Shown one piece after another: positions 41,384 through 55,294 of a DNA stretch of 64,000 bases. Location of the stretch: NCBI RefSeq assembly GCF_009914755.1, contig NC_060927.1. One strand, 5' to 3'. The DNA comes from the human T2T-CHM13v2.0 reference genome, Homo sapiens. Position 1 is the stretch's first letter. Every line of letters begins with the position of its first letter. A program made the translations under genes and the position numbers. The notes beneath the pieces are model-generated. The model saw nothing but the letters and a program-made list of their open reading frames with translations, was not told where the DNA came from and ran no database searches.

Positions 41384-44300
41384 CTAGGGTGGATGAGAAG
41401 GAGAAATAAGAGTTTACATTTGTTTACTTTTTACTCAAAATAAGTTTCAAATTGATATTTTTAAAATCTAGAAACAATTTTGATGAATAATGGTTTTTAT
41501 GTTTTCATGTTTAGGTCCAGTGCATATAAGTTTATTCTTGATTAATGGCAGGAGGAATTAACATACACTAACTTTGAGGAAGATGTGCTCATATACATTA
41601 TTTTTATAATTCAGTCATATGAGGCATTTTATTCACATCCTACATGAGGAGATTGAGAACAAAATATGTAATGTAGATTCAAGTTGCACAGCTAGAGTGA
41701 GGCCAGAGTTCATACCCCAGTCTCGTGGTCTTTCTGCAGCCTCATGATAGAGCAAGGATATTGTCACCTGAGAAACCAACATTGAACCTCCTTCTCTGAA
41801 GCCCAGTGAGTGCCCTTCCTCTAGACTCTGGCCACAGCTGGGCCTCCCTCCATCAGCCCACATAACTCATTGCAGTGTGCTTATCTGTTCACTACTCTTT
41901 GTCTTCAAAGGAAACTCCAGAATTGTAATAGCTGTATCCTCTTCATCTCTGAACCTCCAGGACTTCAAAAGAAGTGACTGGACGTAGTAGGTGCCTGGGA
42001 AAGGTTTTTGAATGAATGTTTGAAGACAGCATCTAGGTGTCCAGCTCCTAGACCTTTCTTTGAGCGACAGTGGGTCTCAGTCTCATCTATTCAAGCTCCT
42101 GTTTGGGTTCATATTTATCCCAACCCAACCTTCTTTCTCTGGCCCTTGAGTCTCTCTTCATTAAGACTAATGTTTTCCCAGCTCACCAAACTTGCAGTCT
42201 CCTGGGATTCTCTGCTTCCCCCTATTATTTTCCACTAGTCTAAGGTGCTGCTTCATAGGCTTTCACAGTCCCATCTGCAGTTCAAGCTATTTGGCTGTAT
42301 CTGCTCATCAGCCATCAATGAGGACTCCAGGAAACCACCGCCCCAAACACCCTCCAATCAGTCCCCCTACTCCTGGGGGCTGGAGCTCTGTTAGCCCACA
42401 ATGGCTATGCAGCACCCAAGGTTTGCCACAAGGATGGGGTGAGTGCGTGGTGTGTTACACGGATAAGTACAAGGCTATAAGGGTGGAAACTTCCATCCCA
42501 CTTCTGCTTCTTACCAGCTATGGGACACTGCACTGTGAGAAGGCTGTGTGTGAAAGTGAGTCAGTAAAGTGGAGATAGGGATGAGCTGACCTCTGAATAT
42601 CCTTCACTCCACAGCGTACTTAGCTGTGCCAGTGATGTGACACCGATGCTATGTCTTTGTGGAAAATGGGCCTCCAAAAGAAAGAAAGATGCTTATGTTG
42701 ATGACAGAATGGAACAAAAGGTGAAGATGTGTGAGCAAGTGATGGTTCTCTGCAAGAAAACAGATATTCACGGGGGAAATTTTGAACAATAGTGGAATTT
42801 TTCAATTTGGTTTTTCCCCCCTTAGGGCAAATCCCTCACAAATGTCAAGACACTACTAAAAATGAACAATGAAGAAAAGATAAAGAATACGAAAGTATTG
42901 ACAGCAATGGAAAGTTTAATTTCTTCTTTTGTATTGAAAGATTAATTTTCTTCGTGCCAAGGTTGATGTTTCTCCTCTTTTGCATGTTTGTCATTAGTAT
43001 TCTGCGTGAAAAGTTAAACACTTGAAAGGGATAAAGATTACCTGCCAGTGCTTTCCCCATGAATCAGATTCAAAATGCAAACTGTGACATGAGGCGGAGA
43101 CGTTTATTTTATTTAGTACGGAATCAGGAGAGGAAATTGCTCAGTTTCTGCGCTGCAGCCCCAGGCACTGGGAGGGTCACACTGGTGTATCCCTCCCCCT
43201 CCTCCCACCCTTACCCCCACCTGCAGAGTCCTCCCTTTCCTGCTCAATTCTCTCCTTCCCCTTCTCTTTCCCAAGCTGTGCCTGATATCATGATATCATA
43301 CCACCCCTTCTGCACACCGCAAAGCCTCTGTCCAGAGCAAGGGTTAGAGCCTTGCTCATTCCGATCAACTGGATTTAGCATCACTCTACTCTGGAGACTG
43401 GAGAGAGGTTGGGGTTCAGCTATCCAGCTCTGTAATTCAAAAGCTGTTTGACCTTCAGCAAGTTGCTAAACCCTTCTGGATCTAGCTTACTTATTTTTTA
43501 TTATATATAAAACTCAGCTGTAACTACCTATTGGCTGATTCATTTAACTAACTGTAACTTGTTCATGGCTCACCACCCTCCACCTACCTAGAGTTAATGT
43601 CAAGCAGGGCATTTCTCTCCAGCTTTTTGAAGACAACAAGCCTATTAGAGGTGCTAAAACACCTTAAATGGAGCAGCAGGAGTGGACCAAGGACTGCTTC
43701 TGACTCACAGCGGGTGGATGCCCAGTGGGAGGCAAGACTACTGTCATAAATATTGTTCTGTCCCCTAGAGCAGGAGAATTTTGAGCAATGTAATCCTTTC
43801 TGCTTCACACTGCAGCCTTTCTCCTGAAGTTATTTGACTACTGGGGGCTCTTCTCCTGTGGCTGGCATTCTTTCCCTTCTCTCCTATTCCTTGAATATAG
43901 AGGGCTGTGTGCTGCGTCTGGAGGGCTGGCAGGGGGAATGATGGGAATGTGCATTGCTTTTTGGCTTGGGGTTTATCTATTAAGAAATTGCGGGATGGGC
44001 CATCTTTTCAGGCTTTGCATTGCAGGGGACAGGCCAACAAGGTTGGCAAATGCATCTTTGAAATGAACATATCTCCATCGTGCCTCATTTCTGGGATCAG
44101 AATGAATTAAGTCCACCCTGGATTTTGAGAGCCTCCCACTGTGGCACCCACTACTTCTACAAGTCTCTGACTACAGTCTAATGCTCCCCCATACACCCCT
44201 CCAAACAGAGGAGTTGCTTCCTACACCTTCTCATCCCCTCGTTGTGTTGCTGCTTTCAAGCCTTGCTCTGTCACCATCCCCTTTCTGGAGTTGTCTTGCC

Positions 44301-44569
44301 AGAAGTTGTCTGTACAACTTCAAGTCTTTTAGCTCAATCCATGAAGCCCCCATGATCCACCATAGTTTCCTATGGGACTGTGTTAGGTTCTAGGGATATG
44401 AGGAAGAACTGGATGTGGTCCCTTGCTTCAGTGAACTCACACCTCAGGCTGTATCTTTTATATATTCTCCATCTTTGCCTTAGTAGCAAGCCCAGGTCTT
44501 GATGTCAAGGAGCACGTGGAAAATGTGTATACCTTCTACTTGGGTGCAGCCATGGACAGCACCATCATT

Positions 44570-44925
44570 TCAACCAGAGGGCCTTTACACATGCTGTTTC
44601 CGCTGCCTGAGAAAATCTACCTTATCCCTTCAATAATTAAACTTTATTAGGTCTTAGCTGACATGTTACTTCCTTGTGGAAGCCTTTTGCTGGACACTAT
44701 ATGGCTCATTTTTATAAGAACTCATGGCTTCTTGTATTCTTCTGTTATAGCATTTATTACGTTTTTTGCTGATTTGTTTGTATGATGATTTGAATATTTA
44801 ATGTCGTCTTCTCAAGACTGTAAGCTCTATGATCTAATTTTTTCACCACTCTGTGCCCAGTGCCAGACACAGTGGCAAGTCTACTATGTTGCTATCTGAT
44901 TAATCTGTATTAAATAAATGACTGG
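44570..44925 (+). mobile_element. L2 LINE 3' region
   Basis: gggcctttacacatgctgtt...gactgtaagctctatga...ccagtgccagacacagt. Confidence 0.75.
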
Positions 44926-47894
44926 TAACTTGATAGCCCAAATTTTCTAATGGCAGCAAGGAGGGATGAATTTTCAAAGTAAATGTCTAAAAAGCTGGAA
45001 AGAAAACCTTAAATGGCTGGCTAGTTGGATGAATGGATGAATGAATTAATGATTGGTTGGATGAATTAATATTTCAGAAAATAAAACCAGGTCTTCCCGA
45101 GCAGCAAGTTCTGGCAATTGAGAGCCATCCAGAGATTTACCATATGTCTGTCTTTTCCTCTCCAAACTCTAGCTCATGTTTTGCCCCACCAATATTCTAT
45201 TACCCCAGAATCCCACATTCTTACGTGTCTGCACATTCAGAGGCAGAACCTGGTGCTTGTGCTACGTGGCACATGATGAGTTCAAGTTTTAGTGTAGGAT
45301 TTTCCATCCACTGGCTTTTATCCCACCTGTGCTGGGGAGTCTTCCCTGAGCACAGCAAAACTACACAGTTCTGGTGGTAGTGCAGCCCATGGGACATCTG
45401 TGGGCAGGACACCACCAAGGGAATACAAAGGAGTGAAGATATTAGCATGCATGTGTCTTAAGGTCAGCATTTTTTTTCAAGTGTTTTTTCATTTCTTTTA
45501 AAAAACAGTAAACTTTGATCTTCTGCCTCCATTCAGTAAGCATCAAAAGTGGACTCCTGATACTTCCATTTTTGATGTAACACATAAACTGGAGATCGGT
45601 AGGAGATATTCTTTATTGCCTTTAAAAGGATTTTACCAAAGAAAAGTAGTAGGTCCTCTTAACCTGGAAATGTAGACTTTTCATGATGCTGCATATAACC
45701 CTAGAGGAGTGGGAGGTCACATCCCGATGAATCAGCATATTGGTGTTCTCCTTGCCTTTCTTGTTTCAAATGGGATGCATGTACATCTCCCGTGTGCCCT
45801 CCTGAGAGGCACCACCACATGCTTGCAACATCACTACCCTGTGGTGGTGACCAAAGACAGAGAGGTACAGATATGAGGCCAGGATTCAGGATGTGACTAT
45901 ATGAAATAAGTATAGCCTCCTCCTACAGCCCAAGTAACTGAATGAAGTACTGGGCAGGGAATAGGAACATGAGGTCCTTATTCAGCAAAGACCTTAACCC
46001 CCTGTATGAGCTCTGGAAAGTCCTTTAATATCTGTGTGGTTTCACTAAGGTTAGGAATAAGTGTGTATGTAGATACGTATGCATTCAAATGTATGATAGC
46101 TGACTGACAAAATCTAATTTCCTTCAGTAGTCTACTGAAGTCTATCAGAAACCAAGTCTACAGACAACTGCAACAGAATGTGTTGCTGTTTTATGGTTAT
46201 TTTACCAAATTCCCAGGTTCAAGGAAACTACCTGAGGGTTCTCTAATATACTTCATGGTGCAAGACACACTGATATGGGATATAACCTATTGCTGGACTT
46301 GAGCAAATTTTGAAATCACAAATTCTAAGGGATTCAGGGAAGCCTAAAGGCATTCCTCCCAGCAGATACTTGAATCTCCTTTCCAGCATCTGCAACAAGC
46401 ATTTTCTACTCCTGCTTACCTACTTCCTAGCAACAGAGAATACAGTACCCTCCTGAGGAAGTCTACTTGCTTTTTGAATTGGGACTCAACCTGTGTATGA
46501 GTTTGTGTGAACTGAATGTGTGTGCATACACATAAGCATGTGTGTGAGTGCAAATGTGGTGTACCCACAGCATGTGCAATCCATGAGTTTGTTTCTAGTG
46601 TGTGTGTGGCTGAGTCTTCTACCGTTTACTTCTCCAACATTTTCAAGGAGAAATAAAACTTTTCTAGGATTGTCAGATATTTCGATTCTTGCAGCCTCTC
46701 TCCACCAGCACAGTTAATTGAGGGTTGATTTTGTTTGCACATGTTATGCATTATTCATCCAGGGTCTCTGTGGACACCTAATTTCCTGCCTTAGAAAAGA
46801 AATCAACAAACAGATGGATGTCACTGCTGTTGCATTGCTGCACTGAAAGAAAGATGGTGGGCTAGAGAACGTGTTCCCCTGTTTGCACAAGGTGCTTTTC
46901 TTGCCAGCAATGAGAGAGCCTCATTTTCTTACAGTGACAAGCTTTCTGACCAGCCTTTAGACCCGCTTACTTTCCTCATTACATATACGTAAGCAGGGCT
47001 GTGGTATAAGCTGGTATTTAACCACACTAGGGACATTTCTCCAAGTCTTCTGCTCACAGTCTTACCCTGCTGGGACCAACCTCACCTAGAAGCAGGGAGA
47101 GGCCAGTTGGGCTGTGGACATCTTCTCACCTTTAATGAGAATCCAAATCCTCTGGGGGCAATTTACTATGGCTAGAGAGCTGACACAACTAGTTGTGTAT
47201 GGCTGGGTGCTGGAGTCCATCTGGTGAGACTCCGGTGTCATTTTTTTATATATCTTCTCTGAACATCCTGGCCTGCTCTACCTCCTCTGCCCCTCTCTCC
47301 ATTGTTGGCCCCAGGATCTCCTACAAGCCTGAGTAAAGACAGGAGCAATACAACAATGTCTAGAGGGAAAACTTGCCTCTGCAGACTCCTGTGGATATAG
47401 AGCCTCAGAGAATGTTTTGAACTGTGATCTCAAAACTATGGTGTGACATAGTTGTGTATTCACCGGATCCTATGCTTTAGCTCTTCATGAAAGTCTGTGA
47501 TGACTAGGTTGCAGAGAATGAGCTAAAGTACAGATCACTTGGGGCAACTCCTGGAGACTCCCTTCAGATGCACATTGACCTGTTAGTGAGAAGTATGATG
47601 TTTTAAGGTACATGTATTCAGCCAACTATAAATCTCTCATGGGTCTCTTTTCCACCAAGTCCATAATAATAATAGACTTTGCTGCCTTCCTTATGAATAT
47701 TTGGACATATTATGCCAATGACAGGAATGACAAATGGATTTCCTCTGGTGTGATAATGCTAACAGATTAGGTAGGTGTAGTCCCTCTTAGTCTTTTGAGA
47801 AAAATGTTGAACCTATATCTCTGTTCGGTGATAACGAATGCTGGGGTTGGTTAGCAATGTCTGCTATGGGAATGGGATAGCAGAGCTGTAGTGT

Positions 47895-48650
47895 GCATGC
47901 TGTAGTGCATAGAACAGGCTGTGGAGCTGGACTTCATCAATTTAAATCCTAGCTCTAATATTTCCTATAATTGTGTGATATTAGACAAATGACTTAAACC
48001 CTTTGTGACTCAATATCTTCATATGTCATTGAGAATATTGATAGTACTTACCTGTAGGGCTTTTGTATGGATTGAATCATCTAATATGTGCAGGGTGCTT
48101 GGAATGGTGCCTGGCACATAAGTGCAACGTAAGTATTTGCTGTTATTGTAATTACAAATACATATCCGTGACCTTCAATCCAACAGGAGTTAAAGTTCAC
48201 CTGGTTTATTTATCATGTATACACTCATTTTGGGTCCCCAGCCTTACCACTTTCTTTTCTAAGTGCTCATAAACCGTCTCTTTCAGATGTTTTCTACAGT
48301 TCCCCTGGATATCACTGTGTATCTCAGACATGTATTTTGGATCCATACTCTCTCAATCCTTGAAAATTAGGACTTTTGTCATTGCTTAATCTTCAGGCAT
48401 TGCTCCAATTCTGTTTCACAGCTGTCTTTGACAGATCCTGGTGACATATTAACTAGTCATTGTGTATCACATACAGTTCTAAGAGCTTCCCATTTTCCTC
48501 ATTATTCCTCACAATGACCTTTTTAACTTGGCACTATGATAGTCCCCACTTTACAAATAAGAGCTTTCACATTTAGAGAACTTAAATATCTGCCTGAGAT
48601 TTCTCAGCTGACAAATGGTAGATCCCAAATTTGGATTCAGGTCATTGCTT
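47895..48650. mobile_element. MIR (+, 47895-48150) and MIR (-, 48440-48650)
   Basis: tttaaatcctagctcta...gtgcctggcacataagt; ccccactttacaaataaga...atttggattcagg. Confidence 0.75.
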
Positions 48651-49099
48651 ACCTAAAAGGTGGTTTGAAGACCTTTTGTTTGGTGGAGGTTTTTTTAATG
48701 GAGGGAAGAGGATCATAGCTGATATAAGATTTGGGAGTTTGGGTGAAGTACAGGCTCAGAAACCGGTGTCTTGAGACCAACCAGATTGTAGTTGTGTTGT
48801 GTCCATTTAACCTTTGCTGAACTTCAGGAAGGAGGGAGAAAGAAGACTGAATTGTTTCCCTTAATTCAAAGGACAGTTTATGAAGATTAGGACAGAGCCC
48901 AGTGAGAGGTATACATCGAGGATCAGGCAAATGAGCTGATTAAAGGTTAAACATATGAATTGTAGCCATTCTTCTTATTGAATTTGTATTTTTAAGATCC
49001 AAGGTAAATTTGTAATACCTCTGCCCTGTTATTAATAGCTATTTCTCAGCATTCTGCATTGGAAGGGCTCAGCTTCTACCTCCTAGCATCTTTCTCTTG

Positions 49100-49640
49100 T
49101 AAGTAGTTCATTCTGCTATTCATCTGTCCACTGATCCTTCCCATCATCAATTTAATCATTCTTGAGCTAGATTGTTGTGCTGTGGATAATGGAGTAAAAA
49201 AGATAGACTGCTGTTTTTGAGGGTTGTGCTTTGAGAGTCAAATGGGGAAAATAAAAAGTAAACATACTCAAACAGTAAGATTGTGGCTGATATAAACAAA
49301 ATATTTAGGTTCTATGGGGCTCCCAAAATGGATACCTAACCCAACCTGAGAGAGGAGAGTAATATCATTGAGAGCTTCTCAGAGGAGGTGAATTTTGAGT
49401 TAAGTGGATAAGTTGTTTGTAGCATGGAAGGAAATAGAGGTGAGGAGTTTGGGGCAAAGAGAGATAGTAGTGTCTGGAAGGTGTGGGAAACTTCAAAATG
49501 TTGGCATGCTTACAGCGTAAATTGCACAGGTGGCAGTGGCATGGGAGCTTGTCCCTATGCATCTCATAGTCCAGGTTAAGGAGTCTCGATTTTAAGGAGG
49601 TTGGAGCCACTGATCTCTGGGGGCTCAACAGGAGGCTAAA
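49100..49640 (-). mobile_element. L2 LINE fragment
   Basis: attcatctgtcc..., gagagcttctcagaggaggtga, ccaggttaaggagt...ggagccactga. Confidence 0.6.
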
Positions 49641-51180
49641 GGCAGGAGAGTTTGGTATCTCATCAACCGTTCGTTATGCCATGACATCTCTAACACAATG
49701 GATTATTTTGTGGCCCATTATTCGTTTCCCCCCTAAGAAAACCAGATGCAAACATAATCACTTGGTTAAAATAAGATTTAGAGCACTGTTATCACAGAAG
49801 AGATGGTACTATCATAAAAGCCACTGTCCCACAGGCAACATTTTCTATTAACAGTAGAAGATTTAACAGATGTCCATTATCTGAGAATAGGATTTGTTCT
49901 GATAATGGCCAGACAATGAGTTCCAGACAGTTTGTAATCCAGGGTCTCCTTCATTCTTGTGCAGACCACATAAATCAAGGTTGACTTTTATGTGACACCT
50001 GGACACACCATAACTTGTTGAGGGAGGAATTTCTCTGAAAGTCTTGTATTTTTAATCTAGAATCCAGCTGAGCCACAATTTCCCATCCCAACCCCATTTC
50101 ACATTTATGGCCACCAAGTCTACACTGACATTTAAGGTCATTTGAGCTGCCCTTCACAGGGTTACAACTGCAGAAAAACAAAGGAAGCCATCTCTCCCTG
50201 GAAGCTGTCAGTACCACCCCTGCCCCCTCCTATGACTCTCCCCACCCAAAGTCCTTCCACCTCCATGTCACTGAGGTTCCTCGGAGACTGTCAATACTGG
50301 ATTGACCTGACTGGATCTGCACAACGGATGTGGTGATGTCATGCCTCTCCCCTGGGTTTCTTCCTGGACCCAGCAAGGGAGGCCTTCACAGCTTGCAGTG
50401 GAATATCTGAGGCAAAACCTTGAAACAGAATTTCATAGTATCTGTCACATTCTCATATTTTCTTTCTTTAAAAATTTAGTTGAATAATTTCAACTTATTT
50501 CACTGGATAAAGTAAATAAATATTTTACATTTGCTAAAACTTTATACTTTGTTCCAAGTTTTTTAAGTGGAAAAAAATGCATGTAAAAAAATTTAAATCA
50601 ACTGAGACAAAAAAAAGCACAAACATTAAAATGGAACTAAAAATGTAAGTATGCAAAACACATTGAGTCTTTTGGTCTCTGTCCCTCTTTCCTGAAGACC
50701 TGCTAGCTTAGAGGCTGCTCATGTAACTGGAGCTCCATTAAACAAGCTGACTGAGACCTGGTCTAGGGCTCACACCTTTTACCTCATGTCTCACTTGTTC
50801 ATATCTCTTGGGATTCTGATTTGGGCCTTATTTTTCTCTGTGTGGCCTTGTGTGCCCTTTGAAATCAAGCTTAATTCTTCTAGTCTCTTGGAGTTCACCT
50901 CTGGCTTCCCTTCTTGGCCAAGATTCAGATTCACCCTTGGATTATGTGGCTTCTGAGTGCCCTGGTTCAACACCTGAGTTGGCTCCCTCAGTGCAGCCTT
51001 CAAGTCTGTGCCTCAACCCAGCTTCTCCAGCAGGGAAGTGGTCCTAGGGAAGCCCTTTTGTTCTGCCCAGTGGAAAAGGGGACCTATTAGTTCAGCAGGC
51101 TCTAAACTCCCAAAGCAGTAAAGAAATAAAGCCCCGTGTTTTTGAGGGTGCTCTATTTTGGTCTTCCTTTTCAGCTGGTT

Positions 51181-51182
<2 letters not shown>

Positions 51183-51223
<41 letters not shown>

Positions 51224-51569
51224 TTTTTGAGACTGGGTCTTGCTCCCATTGTCCAGGCTAGAGTGCAGTGGTGCAACCTTGGCTTACTGCAGACGTGACT
51301 TCCCAGTCTTGTGATCCTCCCACCTTAGCCTCCTGAGTAGCTGGGACTACAGGCATGCACCACCATACCTGGCCTATTTTTTGTATTTTTAGTAGAGATA
51401 GGGTTTTACCATGTTGCCCAGGCTAGTCTCAAACTCCTGGGCTCAAGTGATCTGTGTAAGAGTTAAAGAAAGGGGAAAGAAACACAAAACATGGCTTAAC
51501 AGTTAAAGGAAGGTTTATTTTAGAGAAAAAACCTGAGAGGGGCTCCTGGCTGATTTCAGCTAGGATTGG

Positions 51570-51604
<35 letters not shown>

Positions 51605-52038
51605 GACTGAGTATATATTGGTTTTAGGGTGAGGGGGCTTATTACAAGCTTGGAATGTTTCTGTGTGGGGGAGAAATTTATGGTGGAGCTGGAATGTCTC
51701 TGGATGGAGGGGAGGTTATCTTGGGGCTGATATCTTTCTGGCAGGAGGTGGGTTGTCTCGGGGCTGGCATCTTCCCGGCTGAAGGGGGGTTATCTTGGGG
51801 GAAGCATGTCTCTGCTTGGGGAGGAATTTGGAATGTTTCTGGTTGGAGATGTTATTTGTGGTTTATGGTCATGCTGACCTTAGCCATTAGGCTGATGCCC
51901 TTTGGATTTAGGTGGTTTTTGATTAAGGTGAATTTTAAAATAATACTTGTCCAAGATGGCAATAATCCTGCTCTGTCAATCTTCCCACCTTGACTTCCAA
52001 AGCACTGGGATTACAAGCATGAGCCACCATGCCTGGCC
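51183..52038 (-). mobile_element. AluJ (Jo-like), split into 51183-51454 and 51979-52038 by a nested LTR; (TTTA)n tail
   Basis: J diagnostics gatcctcccaccttagcc and gttgcccaggct...ctcctgggctcaagtgat. TSD-like ttttcagctggtttt / ttttcagctcttttt on the outer flanks. Confidence 0.93.
51455..51978 (-). mobile_element. MER61-family ERV1 solo LTR
   Basis: Minus strand starts TGACAGAGCAGGA..GCCATCTTGGACAAG and ends CTTTAACTCTTACA. TATA-like box and AATAAA present; internal ~35-bp tandem units; TSD atctg/atctt. Confidence 0.85.
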
Positions 52039-52129
52039 TTTTTCAGCTCTTTTATATTGATGAATCTGCTACATTGAAGATCAGTGAGAAAAAACAAAGG
52101 TACTATCAATAATGGATGGCCAAATGCAG

Positions 52130-52820
52130 GTCAGTTGCTTAATGCTGTCTAGTGTATGTCGGGTGATGTGGGTGGAAGCAAGATGAAGCATGACCCCTTA
52201 TTCTGGGAGCGTAAGTCCTGTTGGAGGCACAACACTAACACAGAAAATAGGGAACAGTGAATCTCATGGGAAGAGTGGGCTACACCAGCCAGGAAAGACT
52301 TCCTGGAGGAAGTGAGGCTGACTGATCCTTGAAGGGTAGGGCAAACTTAGGGTGAAGTTTCTGAAGTGAGGAATCAAGACTCAGAAGCAGGCTGGACATA
52401 GTAAGGGCAAGATAGACCATTAAAGGAGGTGTACGGGGGCAGGAAAGGGTACTACTGGTCAGGGGGTCAAAACAGAGCTTTGTGGTAGGAAGTTAGAGGC
52501 CTTCAAATGCCAGATTTGGAACTGGGAATCTGATCCTAAGAGAAGGTGTATTGCATGTAGGTAGCCTGGTGATGGGTAGAGGAGTTCTGAGGAACTCTGG
52601 GCTGCTCCTACATAATGTGGTGGAGTGGCCCAGACTGACTCTGTCGACAACTGTGTCCCCTGGGGAGGTTGGTGGCTTTCTAGAGCCAGTCACCATTTCT
52701 TTATTTTAAACGTGGGATAATGACCCCAACCTCATGAAGCTGCTGTAAGGATTGTTGTGCACAAACATGGAGACTGGTGCCTGATGGATAATCAGTGCTT
52801 GATAAACATAAGGTGCCCAA
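52130..52820. mobile_element. L2 fragment (-) followed by a MIR 3' part (+)
   Basis: caggaaagacttcctggaggaagtga...ccttgaagggtagg; then ctcatgaagctgctgtaaggatt...agtgcttgataaac. Confidence 0.6.
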
Positions 52821-55294
52821 CAGCATGAGGCAGACCACACAGAGCAGCTGCGGGCAGGGAGAGATGACTCAGCTGGAAGAGCATACCCTTGGTAATATGT
52901 CCTGAACAGACTCTTGAGCCTTAACAAAGCAGTGCAAAATCCAGACACACAGGCAGCCCTCATCCTGGACACCCATTCCTTGGCTGTACCCAACAGACCA
53001 CTGCTTTCAGGGAGCCGTGCCAGTGAGTAGCTGCCTTCCTTGGGGGAAGGAATTCCTAGAAAACACCAGAGCCTGCCTGGGCGGTATGTGGCAGTCACAG
53101 AAGCCCAGAACATTTCATTACCTAAATCTGTGTACAGTTTGAAGACATTTAAAAAATGTTTATGCTGACTTGCTGCACTTCTCTATGAAATCATTTTTTG
53201 AAATTACTCAGGAAATGAAAACATTTCCTCACTTTGATATTGAAATGCAGAAGGCGTGGGCCATCCACAGCTCCACTCTGGGCCTTCTGTGGTTCCTCAG
53301 GGCCAAACACAAAGCCTCAAACAAACACAGAAGGAACAATATCCCATTAGGGATTTTGTTGATGATGTACTTAAAAGTTATATTGTGTTTTAAAGTTCCA
53401 TTATGAATGGGAACAATAGCCTCTGTGTTCGCTTTTATTGCCTCACCATACAACAATGCAATTTCCATTTGCTTTGTCTAATTTTCTCCATTCTTCGTGG
53501 TATTCCTAGTCCCCAGTCAATGCCCAGTACATAGTAGATGCTCAGTAAATGTTTGTTGAATAAGTAAGGATTCTCTAATTCAAGTCTGGCTGTGCCTCAA
53601 TCCAGGAAGCTTTACAGAGAGCAGGTCCTGGGATTCCCTACCAGCCCGTTGGATCAGCCCCACCCTCTAAGTCTGTCTGCAAAGGCTGCTGTGAGAATAC
53701 TTCAGCATCTGGATCCTTGATGAGACTATGAGGCTCCTGAGAGTGCATTGTGTGCCCCCTCAAACCTCCTGGCCCTACTTAGAAGTGTTTAGGAATTGGG
53801 ATGCTGTCTTACTGTTCAATTCACTGAAGAATCCTCCCACAGTCATCACTTGGGAACACACTTTTGGACATGCTGGATAATTCTGCCAGGAAAAAAGTGA
53901 GCCTCTTGATAAAACTGTAAGGATGAGAGACATGCCCCTGTTTTGCTCTCAGTCCTGGGCACAGAGAACTGAACATTTCATGGGAAGAAGCTGGTGTTCA
54001 CTAAATTGTACTCAGTATTGACAAACATTATCTGTTTCTCCTGGAAGGAGGCTTAGAGTGGGGTGTGTTTATTTTATTCATGGGCAATTAAGTGTTAGAG
54101 AGGCTTAGGGTCTTGCTAAGGTTGCAGAGCTGGGAGGCCCACTGATGAGGTCTTTCTTCCCAGGACTGTGCTCCCAGCCACTGCGGGGTGTGCCGGGCTG
54201 GTGCATGAGCCTTGGGAAACCATCAGGTGAAGTCACTTTGCAGAGAGCAGTAGGCTGGAAGTCAGAAGACCTCTGTCTGATCCCTGCTCTCAAACCTGAT
54301 TCCTGTGGACTCGAGCAAGTTAATTACAACACGAGGGAGTTCCACGAACAATGAAAGCTCATCCAGTGCTCACCACCTTGAGAAGGGACTCAGCAATCCT
54401 CCTGCAAGCTCCTCCACTCCTTCCCTCCATGGTGCATTTCAGTCTCCAGGGACGGTGACTTGCGTGCTGCCTGGCTCCTCCTACCTCAGGGGTTCTCCTC
54501 GCTAAGCATGCTGGCCAGATGGCCAAGAACAAGGATGAGGGGTGAGTGGATGGAGGGTGCTGATCAGCTTTTTTGGAAGCCACTAGATTTATCTTTCCCC
54601 AGAGTGTGGGTATACCATCTGGGCCCCTGTGAGGATGTAAGCCCTTTGTTATGCACGGTATTCAAATGGGAGCTACAGAGCTGGACAGAGAGAGAGAAGG
54701 TGGGGAGAGAGAGAGGCTTTAGGCCCATTTTGTTACTGACTCCCTCAACTGCAGCACGGCCCAGGCTTCCTTGGGTGCGGTGGGGCAGGGGTGTCGCCTG
54801 CTCTGGTTGCTCCCTGAGCCATTATTTCACAGATATTAATTAAGTTGTGAAAGGAGTGTATTTAAAGTCCAGTAAATGACAATTGAAGTAATAAACAATG
54901 GCACCAGGTCATGGAGCCAGGAGATGGCTCAGCAATGATCTGTACCCGCCATGGCCTGAAGGTGTCCTCACTGCCTTCTTGTTTCATCCTACCCCCCAGT
55001 TAGCTGTCTCTTCCTTTAGCCTCTCTTCCCTTCTCACTTGTACCCTGGTTCCTTCCCCTCCCCTTCCCACTTACCTTCAATATTGGAGTTTAGGTCCCCT
55101 CTGCACATTTCATATTCTTTGCTGAATTTCAATGTCCCCTAATGCCAGTGACTGAGGGCTAGCAGAGGGTGGGGTGAGCTCTGCCTGAGCATTCACTGTT
55201 CTTCACTGTGGCAGGGTTGGGGACATAGATCTCGTAATTTTAAGATGGGGTGGGGAAAAACCATGGTGATCTTCCACTCTATCTCTCCCCTAAA

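Noticed and set aside
49872-49912. Small inverted repeat ccattatc..agaa / ttctgataatgg
   Set aside because: Short AT-rich stem consistent with chance or a decayed DNA-transposon remnant.
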